Positions 45,301 through 57,300 of a stretch of 64,000 nucleotides of DNA are shown one piece after another. This DNA is from Clostridia bacterium (GTDB lineage: Bacteria > Bacillota > Clostridia > Christensenellales > DTU072): NCBI GenBank assembly GCA_017403145.1, contig JAFQOO010000010.1, positions 96,151 through 160,150 on the forward strand, written 5' to 3'. Position numbers and translations under genes: made by a program. Position 1 is the stretch's first letter. Each line of letters begins with the position of its first letter. Under the pieces are notes generated by a model. That model had not been told where the DNA came from. It saw only the letters and a list, made by a program, of their open reading frames with translations, and did no database searches.

Positions 45301-48300
45301 CTTGTTTGCATCTATACCATAGGTATCGATTTCGTAGCTATTAACTAGACCGCTTTCGTAGGTCATATCCATAATGGTTAGAACTATCGAGGTGCTCCAT
45401 CTGGTATCGCTTGCTGCGGTTAGAGAAGTTGAACCATAGGAGAAGTTTGCCTCTACCTTTCTACCGGTATATAGGTTCTTGAGGTCGGTTGCACGGTTGG
45501 TTGCAATATCAACTATTTCGTAGCTGTCTGCACTCAAGTTGAATATGAGTTCTTTACCGGTCTTATCGTACATATTGGCGGAAGTATCTTCACCACTTAC
45601 GCTATTTACTACGATAAGAACTCTCTTGTAGTAGTAGAAGTCTTTAGAGTTGAAGTCTTCGGAGTATCTCTCGGTGTAGGGGTTGAGGGTCAATCTGGTT
45701 TGTAGTTGCTCGAACTCGTCTCCTACTACGCCTGCCAACTTAGCTTGTTCGTATTCTTCGGTAGTTGCATACTTGGATACGAATACCGACTTTCTGGTAC
45801 GATTTAGTACGGTTACGGGAACTTCAACGTTTTGTACTATCAAGGAACCGTCGTCCTTCTTGACCGATACGATAGCTATTGCAGACTTGTTGTTGCTTGC
45901 GTCGTATCTTCCGCCTGCGGAGGTCATTTCGGCTAAGATTGCTCTATAGTTCCATTCAACGTCTAGTTCAACGGGTGAACTCATATTGTCAAAGTATGCC
46001 ATTATCTTATCGGGTAGACCTACGAATCCAATGTAGGGGTCTACTACCAACTCGGTAATAACGCCACTTTCATTAGTTCTTACTACGCTATCCTTATTAA
46101 CACCTGCGGTGGTTACGCCAACTTCGGTGATATAAGAGGAATGTAGATATACTTTGAATTGGAAGATTTGTTCGGTTTCTCCGCTACCTAGCGTTGCCTT
46201 TACGTTGAAGGTTCCACCGGGGAAGGAGTAGATTACGCTACTATCGTCGAAGGTTAGGTCATACTTCTCTTCTTCACCTGTTGAGAATAGAACGGTTACG
46301 CCTTCGTCGAAGCTCTTAACTTCTACTAGAACGTCGTCGCCTGCTACTAGGTAAGAATTATTGGTTGCCTTGTTGAAGAGAGCGGATAACTCGAATCTAG
46401 CGAGTAGAGCGTCTACGTCTACGTTACCGCGGTATGCGATATAGTAGGTATCTCTAGTAGCGTCGTGATATACTTTTGCGATTTGACCATTTGCCTTAGC
46501 AAGCTCGGTTGCGCTGTTCCAAGAGAATACTTCGCTTGGCCACAAGTTGCTTTCAAGCTCTACAGCACCGGTTGATGCGAGCAATTGAGCAAGGCTATTA
46601 GCATCACCAATCAATTTATCGGTGCTTTCCTTGCCTTGGCCTATAGCAACAATGGTTGCCTTTCCGAGTGCGCTAAAGTCGATGGGCTCGTATACGCTAC
46701 CGGTGATATTGGTGGTCTCGTCGGTATACCAAGTCTTGATGCCTACTGCGACACGACTTTCAACGACTACCATTACGGGAACGTTTTGACGAACCTCTAG
46801 GATATTGCTATCCATAATGGTTTCGATTTCGCCTTCTTCGGTTAGGGTTACGATTTGTTCTACGCCACCAAAGTCTAGGGTAACGCCTACTGCAAGGTCA
46901 ACGTTATGAGTGGTGGTTACTCTATAGTCTAACGGGATGTAGGGATATTGAACGTCTAGAGCCTTTTCGTTACCGAGGGTGGTGGTTACGTTCAAGCAAC
47001 CATCGGTTAGTCCTAGTAGCTTGTCTAGTTCGTTTTCGATGCCCTTTACAGCATAGGGGTTGATGCTTACGGAGTTGGGTAAGGTGTAGTTGTGGATGCT
47101 TTCTGCGTTGATGGTTAGTTCTTCATAACGCTTGATGTATCCAAATACCTCGTCGCCAATCCAAGCGTGAGCTTCAATCTTGCCACCTTCAAGACCATAT
47201 GCTTCGATATACTTCCAAGTTACGTCGTAAACGTTATCTTCGGGAATTCCGCCAACGTTAATCTTAGCATACTTGGGTAGTTCGAATGCTTCGAGTGCAT
47301 CATAGGTGAAATCATTGAATTCTTCGGTTGCATTTGCGTCAACGTAGTAAGTTACCTCGATATCGTTTCTGGGGTTATCGTTGACGTAAATCATCTTATA
47401 GGTTACTTGGTTGTTAACCTTGTCGCCTAGAGTTATGGTGCCTTCGATACCTTCGGTTGCGGAGTAGAAGTCAAACTTCTTATCGCCAAAGTCGAAGGTT
47501 ACGGGAACCATACCGGTCTTGCCATCCTTGAAGGATACTTCTAACTCAGTGGGCAATTCGAACTTGAAGGGGTCGTCTAGGGTTAGAACGAGGTCGCCGT
47601 TGTTACTAATGGTATAGCCTTCACCAAACTTGGTTGCAATACCCGTGATTTCTTTTGCGGGTAGCATATCTTGGGTTAGGGTTACGGTTACTTGTTGCGA
47701 CCATACCTTCTTGCCTTGCTTCCAACCAACGTTAGCTATTTCAACGTTAATTTGAGGTACGTCTTCGCCTACGAAGGTGTATGCGGGTTTAAATCCGTCT
47801 GCATCAACGTAGTTCCAGCCAACGATTTCGAATGCGTTGGTTCCGATGGTGTTGTTAGCAATTTGGTAAATAGATGCGGTGATACCGGGTTGTGCAAGTA
47901 GTGCGTTAATACCGTTATCTGCATCGTAGAGGTAAACCTCTTGAACGGGGATATTTAGTCCGGAGATGGTTGACTTACTCAATACAACGCGAACGTGCTT
48001 GATGGTTACGTAACCGAATACGTCGTCGTGCAATAGAACGTCAACGAAGTACCAAGCTCCCTCGAACGACGGGTCTACGAAGGTTACGTTGGTGAGGTAT
48101 TCCTTACCATTGATAACTATCTTATCACCCTTTACCTTGTTTGCTAAATCGCTATTCAAGATATCGAAGTATACTTCGGTTTCTATCTTAGCGGTACCGC
48201 TTGCGGTCTTGTAATTTACAGCTTGTTCGTTTTCAAGAACGCTTGCGTTATCGTAAACTTCGGTATTGGTGCCGGTAATGTAGTAGCTTGAGTAGGGATA

Positions 48301-51300
48301 TACTACGATTTGCTCTACGCTTCTGGGCTCTCTTGCTTCAACAGTGAAGGTTACGGGTAGTTCTTGGATATTATCACCCTCTCCTACTACTGCAGTCCAA
48401 GTATAGGTCCAATCCTTAGCGCTATATTCGTATGCGAGCTTGTCGTCTTTTTCTTCCCCTCTCCAATAGAAGTCTTTGCCCTCTACTAAGGTGGTGCGAT
48501 AGAATATGCTATTTACATCTATACCATATCCAACGTCGATGGTGGAAGGTAGATTGAAGGAGTTGATTTCTCCACTTGCAAGATACTTGGTAGCATCTAC
48601 GCTTTCGCCCATTCTATTTACTCTAATCTTATTCAAGGTACCTGCGTCTACATAGCTTTGTGCGTAGGAAGCAAATTCACTTTCGGAAACGCCTTCGTAA
48701 ACCACGTACAAGGTACCGTTTGCATTGGTGTAGGTCTTGATACCACTCTTACCACCATTGTATGCGGTTATGCCGGTACCGAACTTGTTAATCTTGTTGG
48801 CAGGCCATACGCTTACTATTTCTACAACGTTATCGTTTTCTAGTGCGTTAACGTCTACTCCGCTATAGTTAGCTTGAACGCTTGCGGGATAGAATGCAAG
48901 AACCATATTAGCGCCTTGTTCATAGGATAGTACGAATTGGGTTGCGTTTCTATCTTCGAAAGGTGCTATATCGCGGTCAGCGATGGTCGCGTCAAGGTTA
49001 TGTTCTACTATCTTCTTGGGTAGAATATTCAAGAATACTTCTATTCCTTGTTCGTGTCCTTGAGCATCCGTTACGTAGAAGATTACTTTGTAGAGAGGAT
49101 GTGAGGTTGCATTCAAATCAACGTCAGCGATAGAGCTTGCATCAACTCTTACAACCTTCCAATTTTCAATCTTGGTGGTGATGGGATTACCTTCGCCATC
49201 AAGAACGGGTTGGTTTTCTCTATCGGTTACGTTTGCAGTAATGCTAATCCACTTGATAGAACGAATATCGTTATAGATGTTTACTCCATCAATGGGATTT
49301 ACGGTAAGAACGTTGTTCTCTAGCTCTGCGGTGAAATCGCTTACAACGCCACTATAGTGATACAATACCTTTCCGTCTTCTAGATATGCGTAGGAGTTGG
49401 AGTTATTAACTACTACGTTATCAACGCCGAGGTTCAAGTAGAAGTCGCGGTATAGTTCGAAATCTTCACGAGTTACTCCACCGTATACCAAGTAGGTTAC
49501 GTCGGTTGCATCGTCATAGTATGCACGGAAGGAGGAGTTGCCACCCTTGAATTCGGTGTATGCGCCATAAATTTTGCTTAGTTCGTTAGCAATGGGGTCT
49601 GCGATTTCTGCGTACTTGGTAACGTTTGCACTATCGATACCTGCTAAGGTTTCTGCATCACGACCAAGAGCAATAACCATATTGCCACCCTTTTGGTATA
49701 CAAGGTTCATAGTCATTCTAGAAGTAATGCTATCTGCACTAACTGCTAGACAGTTCTTTACCTTGATAGGTACGTTGATGGTTACAGCTTCTGCATCCTT
49801 ACCTAGTGATACGTGGTCCTTATTATCATAGGTACGCGTATACTTATAGGTTAGTTTTGCATAGGCGGTAGAACCGTCGTACTTGACTACGGTATCACTC
49901 AAATCCCATTCAAGGTCGTTGAATACGTATCTCTTGAGTAGGTAATCGGTTTCTCCCGTTTGTCCGGGTAGAGTGAACTTTTGATATACGCCTTGTTGCA
50001 AGTAACGTATCTTTGCGGTGTAAACCAAAGTTTCGGGAAGTAGTTTCTTGTATTCTTCCTCGTTGTAGGTCAACGGGTCGATAGCCGGTAAATCAAGAAC
50101 GGGTTCTTGGTTATCTTCGTCGATTATCCAGCTGATTTGGTGATTATTTCTTCCACCTTGTTCTTCTAACTTCAAGGTAGAATCGGGGTCAACCATAATA
50201 CCGCCTTCAACTTCGGCCTTGATGTATTGAACAGCACCGTTCTTATCCTTCGAATAGGTTTCTTCTGCAATATAACCAATAATGTAGCCCTTGGTTCCTT
50301 CTAGGGTAGGTGCGAAGCTCAACATACTGAAATCCCAGTATACTTCTACACCTGCGGAATCGTCGGAGTTACCATCTTCGAAGTTTGCATAGTTACGTGT
50401 GGGTAGTATCTTCTTGATATCGGTTACGGCATAGGTTCCGTCGTTGTTAACGTTATGACGTGTACCACCCGTGCTTTGTGCCCAAGTACCACCATAAGCG
50501 GTAAAGTCAAGAATGTTATAGGGGTCGTGGAATACGATGGTATCGGGAGGTAACATTACCTTTTCGCTCATACCGGCGGTACCGCCTGCTTCGGAGTAGT
50601 AGAACTCGGAAGTAATGGAGGATACCGAGCGCATTCTTAAGCCCGTATTATTGATATCGATTTCTTGGAACCTATCGTCCTTTGCACTCATTACTTCGAT
50701 AGCGGTTGCAAAAGGTCCGGGGTTATTGTAGTTCAAGGTTCCGTCTGCCTTGATGGGATAACGACTTACGTAAGAGTAATTGTAGCTTTCAAGAGCATCG
50801 CTATATAGAGCGCCACCGGTTGCAAGACCTGCCCAGTTGAAGTTGCCCTTATAGTTGTTCTTGCTTACTGCCCAAGCAATATCACCATAAATAAAGTCGT
50901 GAGTATCAAAGTGTCCGTAAACGTCGCGAACGTAGGTCTTACCGATTAGTCTGCTGGTTACAGCACCGGTAACGGGGTCTGCAACGTACTCGTAGTCGCT
51001 AATGATAACGTAGCTGTTTACGATATTGGTTCTTATCCACTCTTGAATCATATCTTCGACTTCTTGGTAGTAATCGTCGACAGGTTCACCCTCTCTATTG
51101 TAAAGAATGGTATCGGCACGGAGTGCGGTTGCGCCGGGCATATATGCGTCGGCAGCGATTTCCATTTGGGGATTACCATCTGCGTCGTAGATGATATTGC
51201 CATCAGCATCGTGTGCATATTTCTTACCTACGGTACCGAGGGTTGCGTTAGAGTAGCTTGCACCGTTTAGGAACAAGGTAATTCTATCTAGCAAGGTATC

Positions 51301-54300
51301 AACTGCGTTGTTTAGAGTAATCTTTGCATAAACGCTCTTGTCGATAAAGTCAAGTTCACGAGAGTAACCGGTCATGATATTGCCATCATCGTCGAAGGTT
51401 GCGTTTATATTAACCTTACCATCGTCTTCACCGTCTATAACGGCACCGAGGTTGGAGTAATTGTAGTAGTTCTTGTAGTTGTATCCTACTAGATTATCGC
51501 CGGCATCAAGAATACCTGCATTCGAAATCAAGTCTTTAACGTCGGTTGCAAGGTGTCCGTGCTCTTTGATTAGTAGCGTTTGGATATCCGCGTCGAGAGC
51601 TACGCCCGAAATGGTAGAGGTAGGTCTAGACTCGTCTAGTTTAGGCTCGTAAACACCGGTTTGGTTGTCGTATTCACTATCCAAATAGGTGTATTCTGCA
51701 TCCGGGTCTGCCCACAAGGTTGATGCAACGGAGGTTTGCTTCAAGGGGCTACCATCTAGATTTTGCTCGTCTATCATACTGTAAGCATAGGTAAACGGTA
51801 GCAAGTGTGATAGCAAGCGTAGTGCTTGGTCGAAGATATCAATCAAGAAGTCGATTTGATATAGTACCATTTGAACGATGTTCATAATGGTGCCCGCATT
51901 ATCGCCAAGAGCTGAACCTAGAGCAAAGTTTAGTACGAATCCTAGTAACGAACCTACTAGTCTGCTACCTGCTGAGTACAAGGTATCTCTATAGTAGGAC
52001 TCGGTGTCGTATACGTAGTCGTACATCATTATGTCTTGTTCTTCGTTGAATTCACCAACGAATTGTAGCTTGTTAACCTTCTTATCATCGGTGCCTTCGG
52101 GTATAGCACATAGGTCAGCCATATTGTAACGTTGTTCCTTGGAAATGGGACTATATCCGCTATAACCAAGTAGCAAGTTGTGAACGATATCGAATACACC
52201 GTTTATCATGCTGGAAGAAATCCAAGCTTCTATATAGGTGATGGAGTCGGAGGTATCTTCCTTACCTTCTTCGTAACCTGCAACGTAGTTGGTCCACGGT
52301 ACGAATACGGGCTTGCCCATGGGGTCTAGATATTGAGAAGTGGTATCAACGCCGGATACGGAACCGAACAAGGAACCTAGTACGTTACCTGCAAGGGTGG
52401 AAACTATAGTACCACCGATACCGCCTATTGCGTTGCTGATAGCATTCTTGATAGCACTGGAAGCTTGTCCCTTTGCGGTATCAAGGAGTGCGTTAACAGC
52501 TTGGTCGCCTAGTTTGGTTAGGTAGGAGTATTGGGTTAGCGGTATACCGTCTTGAGTGTAACCTGCGTCGGAGGGGTCTTGTGCTTGGTCGACAACGTCT
52601 CTACTTGAAGCATCGGATAGGTCTGCACCTAGACGTAGACGTAAGCCTTCGATGGGTAATCCGCCTGCAGTAGCGTTGCTATTAGCAATCCACTCGGGTA
52701 TTTCTTTGGGCTCTAGGAAGATTTCACCATAGTTGTAGAAGTTCGATTGAGTAGTCAAGGTATGACGACCAACGTCGAAGTTGGTGTAATCGGTTGCTCT
52801 TATCTTCAAGTTGTACTCTCTGTTGAGGAGTAGGTTGGGGATAGAGAAGGTACCATCACTGTTCAATGCGTTAGCCTTATCGTTCAACTCGGTTTGGCTA
52901 CCGTTGATTTGTACGGAGCCGAGGAAGTTTCTTGCATTGTTTTGCCAATACAAGTCGCCTTGAGCCATTCCCGTACCATCCGCTTTCTTGAACGAACGAG
53001 TATTTTGATTACCACCGTTGTAGTCGTCGGACATTCTAATGGTTCTACCATCTAGCTCTAGCCATACTTCTACGCCACTGAGAACGGGAGTGGTAGAAGC
53101 CTTTGCTATAGCAAGGACTACTCTGTATGCAGTTTCGGTACCACCGTTTTCAGCAACGTATTTTTGAGTGGTGAAGCCACGAACTTCAACTATGCTCTTA
53201 ATATCGTAGCTGATTGCGTGATAGTACAAGGAAGGAATCTTTTCGGTGATTTCAAAGCCGGACTTGTTTGCTAGCTTTTCATCAACGAAGTTCTTTATTG
53301 CGTTGGTTACGTTATTCTTTGAGGGATAATCGTATACGCGATATTCAACGTAGTTTCTATCGAACGATGCGTATAGCTTGCCACCTGCAGCCTCAGCTAG
53401 CGGGTCGTCGAACGTTGTGTTAAAGTAAGAATTGATTTGGTTGGTTGCAGCATCGTCATAAGTGGGATTTTCGGTTGCATCCTTACCTAGCAAGGTGAAT
53501 ACTTCACTTGCGCTACCATCCATAATCCAATCGTTCTTCAAGGTTACGAGGATACCACTCAAGGTACCAACGGTCGGGTCGTGATAACCGGTGGTCTTGA
53601 AGTATACGTCATAAGGATTGCTTTCACTCTTCGAGTTAGGAGTACCATCTCCGTTAAGTTCCAATGCCAAATTGCTTTGTAGCATTTGTCCATTGGCCTT
53701 CTTTAGTTGAATTGCGTGGTTGAAGCCCTTGAGTGAAGGAACTACTACTTGTAGAACACCATCTGCTCCGGTGGTACCCAATTCGGTTGCAACGCCGTCT
53801 ATTAGGATATATACGGTTGCACCGACCATAGGACGAAGAGCGGTATTGTTTGCTTCGTACTCTTCTTCACCCCTTACTCTTAGGTGTACGTTTGTCCAAA
53901 CGGTTTCTCTATACTCGGAAAGAGTAAAGTTTGCTTCGGTTGCAGGATACTCGTTAGAACGTAGTACCGTTGCGTAAACGGGAGTCTCGCCTCTACGCGG
54001 TAAATCGTTATAACCCTTCTTGGTTATCTTTACGCTATATCTTGCAGGACGAATGTTAATGAATGCGTAGTTACCGTCTTTATCGGTGGTGGTTGTATAT
54101 CTTCCGCCATCTAGGTCTACCAAAGCATCGGCAACGGGTTCCCATTCTCCGGTACTATTATTATATGTGTTTACGTTACCATACAATGAACCAAAGTTTG
54201 TATCTTCCTCAACAGGCTTGAGCGAAGCTACTAACGTGGGCAAGAAGGTGGGTAGATACAAGTTTACTACGGGAATACCGCCTGCTCCACCGCCCAATAC

Positions 54301-57300
54301 GTCGTCAAGAATTTGACCAATACGTAGCGGTGAACCATATCCGGTAGCATCACCTATCATATCGGCTATCCAAGTAGAAACGTACGGACCTGCGAAGTCC
54401 CAAACTATTCCTACTACCTGTCCGGCAATTCCATTGATAGCTCCTGCTATGGTTTCTAGCAACCAGCCTGCAACTGTGTTGATTAGACCACTCAAGTCTA
54501 TTACCAAGATGTTAGCTAGACTTAGGTGTAGAACGTTGTTCTTCAAGAATGCGGTTAGACCTTGAGGCTCCCAATCTTCTTCGTTTGAAAGTGAACCTTG
54601 AACGTTTGCAACTTGGGTTAACTGTGCAATGGGGATTTCCGTCTTATTGGTCATAGTCTTGTTAAGAGCAAGCCTAATTCTTCTATATGCGTTATCGAAG
54701 AATATGGGTTCGTATGCCTTTAACAATCCACCAACGTCAATGCTAATACTGGTATTGGGAATGCTTAGTACCCAATCGAATGCACCACCCTTAGATACGA
54801 ATGCGTGGTCGTAAGAGGTTAGTCCACCGGTTGATTCGTTTGCACGGTTTCTAATTACGGGGCTGAAGTAGGTGGGACCGGTCGAATAGCTGGTTCCTAG
54901 AGCGGAAATTTCGAGGGTACCGTTTGCGCCACCATAACCGAGGTTACGTAGGAAGAAGTAGTCGTTACGTTTTTCGATATACAAGGTGAAATCGCTAAAC
55001 GAGATAACGTCTAGTAATCCTTGTGCAAGGCTCAATGCGTTAATGTTAGCGGCGAGGTTACCTGCGGAATCCATACCGAGGGACAAGCCTTCGATACCAC
55101 CGTATAGGCTTTCGTCGCCCACACTAATTTGTTTTTGATATTGTTCTGCAGTCGCACCAAGAGCAATAGCAAAGTTGCCTTCTTGTACACCTACGTTCAA
55201 GTAGTTGCCCTTTTGGTCTAGCTTGATACGCAAATTCAAGTTGTTTAGACCTTGATATAGGTTTATAGAAAGTCTAATGTCGCTCAATGCGGGCAATGCC
55301 ATACTATCGCCTAGTAGACTTTGAACGATTGCCATATTGGGATTGATGATGATTTCCTCGTTGGACATCAAAATCTTCAATAGCGGTGAATCGGTAGCGG
55401 TGATTAGGTCGATAGTAGCGTTTTGTGCCTTATCGGAAAGGCTTACTGCTTCGGTTTGTGCACTTGCGTTGGAAAGTGCGTTGTTTGCGTTTAGTGCTGC
55501 TCTTTCTTCATCCTCTACGGTGAGTATGCCGGCAAGCATTTCGTTTAAGTTGATGCCTTCTTCGCCGAGGAATCCACCGAGGAAGTTGTTGAGTATGCCA
55601 AGAACGTCAACACCGTTTAGTGCTGCTTGGAATAGGCCAAGACCACTCAAGTTGACGTAAACGGTATTAACTTGACCGATAAAGTATACGCCTATTAGCT
55701 CTTCGCCGGTTAGGTTAATAGTTAGAGCAAGAGCGGTGTTGGACATATCTGCTAGGTCAGCGTAAACGGTTAGACCAAGTGAGAATACCAATACGGTGTC
55801 TTGAACGTCAAAGTTGATGGTGTCGGCAGAAAGTCCCAACAAGTCTTGTAGTAGATTTTGTACTGCTATGAGTTGCGGAGGCTTTTCTTCGGAATCTTTG
55901 GTGCGTACGCGAGCTTCAAGTTCGAGGTTCAATGCAACCTTATTGATGATACCGATATCTTCGTAAACGATACCATCTTCACCCGTTCCTTCAACGAATT
56001 CACGAGCATCGATAGAAGAATCTCTTTCGGGTTTACCTTGTGCTTCAAGAACGCTATCTGCCCACATATCGAACGAGCCACCAATGTTTAGACCAATGCG
56101 GAATGCCTTCTCGTAAGGAGTATCGTCGGTAAGTCTCAAGCATAGACCGTATACACCGTCTTCCTCGGAGTAACCGATTTGCAAGTTTCTAAACATAGGT
56201 ATTAGAATTTGTGAACCACCAAGTACGCTGGATATAGCGGCATTCTTGAATGCGTTAGAAATTAGTGAATATGCCAATGCACCGGTGATTGCGAGAGAGG
56301 TTTCGTCTGCGCCGAAGGTTAGAAGAAGTAGTCTTTCGGTCCAACCATAATCTTTGAGGTATACTCTTTCGATTTCTTGCTTTTCAATAGCATCGCCTGA
56401 TGCACCTGCGTTGTCGTTAGCGTTTTCGCCTTCGTTTTGTGCACCTGCGTTTTGTACTTCAGCGCCTGCGTTTGCAACAGCATTGGAGCCTGCATCGGTG
56501 CTTTCGTCGCTAGCACCAAGTCCGCTGATGAGGTTACGTAGTACTGCACCAAGTTGAATTCCTTCAAGCTTCAAGCTGGGGAAGCCTAGACCGCTTAGGT
56601 CTACGTAAATGGTACTGCTTTCATAAATGCCATACTCGTCTACTGCGTATCCGCCTTGATAGGTGATAAGAGCCATAGTCTTATCGTTGTAGGTCATTTC
56701 GAGTTGTAGACGGAAGGGTTCGATGCTACCAAAGTCGATATATAATCTTAGTGCCAATTGTACCGAAATTGCTATATCGTCAATGGGTTGTAGAGCCATA
56801 TTGATTTGGCTAATCATTTCGCCTATTCCGGGTCCTAACAATCCGCCAACGGTACCAAGAAGCTCGCTCATATCGAATAGACCGCCAACGGTGTCGTCGA
56901 TTTTAAATTCGAGGGTAACTTCTGCTTCCATTTCGTACTCAGACAAGGGCTTGAAGTAGGTTGAGAAGTATTCTAGATAATCTTCTCTCATCATAGAACC
57001 GAGAGGAGTTTCGGCAAAGATGTTGGTTTGACCCAAACCGATATCGATACCGTGAATCTTAACACCAACGTTGTACATACTCTTGGTGCTGGATACAGCC
57101 ATAAGTACCTTATAATCTGCAACGTTACCAAAGCTATCCAATACTTCAGCGACCTTAACGGATACGTTAAGCATTGCTGCATAGTGGTGGAAGGTATGTA
57201 CACCTTGTGCGTTTTGACTCCATACGTACGTGCTCTTATGGAGAATATCGGATATGGATTCTATTACCTTTTCTGCATTAGCCTTTGCAAATTCAAGATA

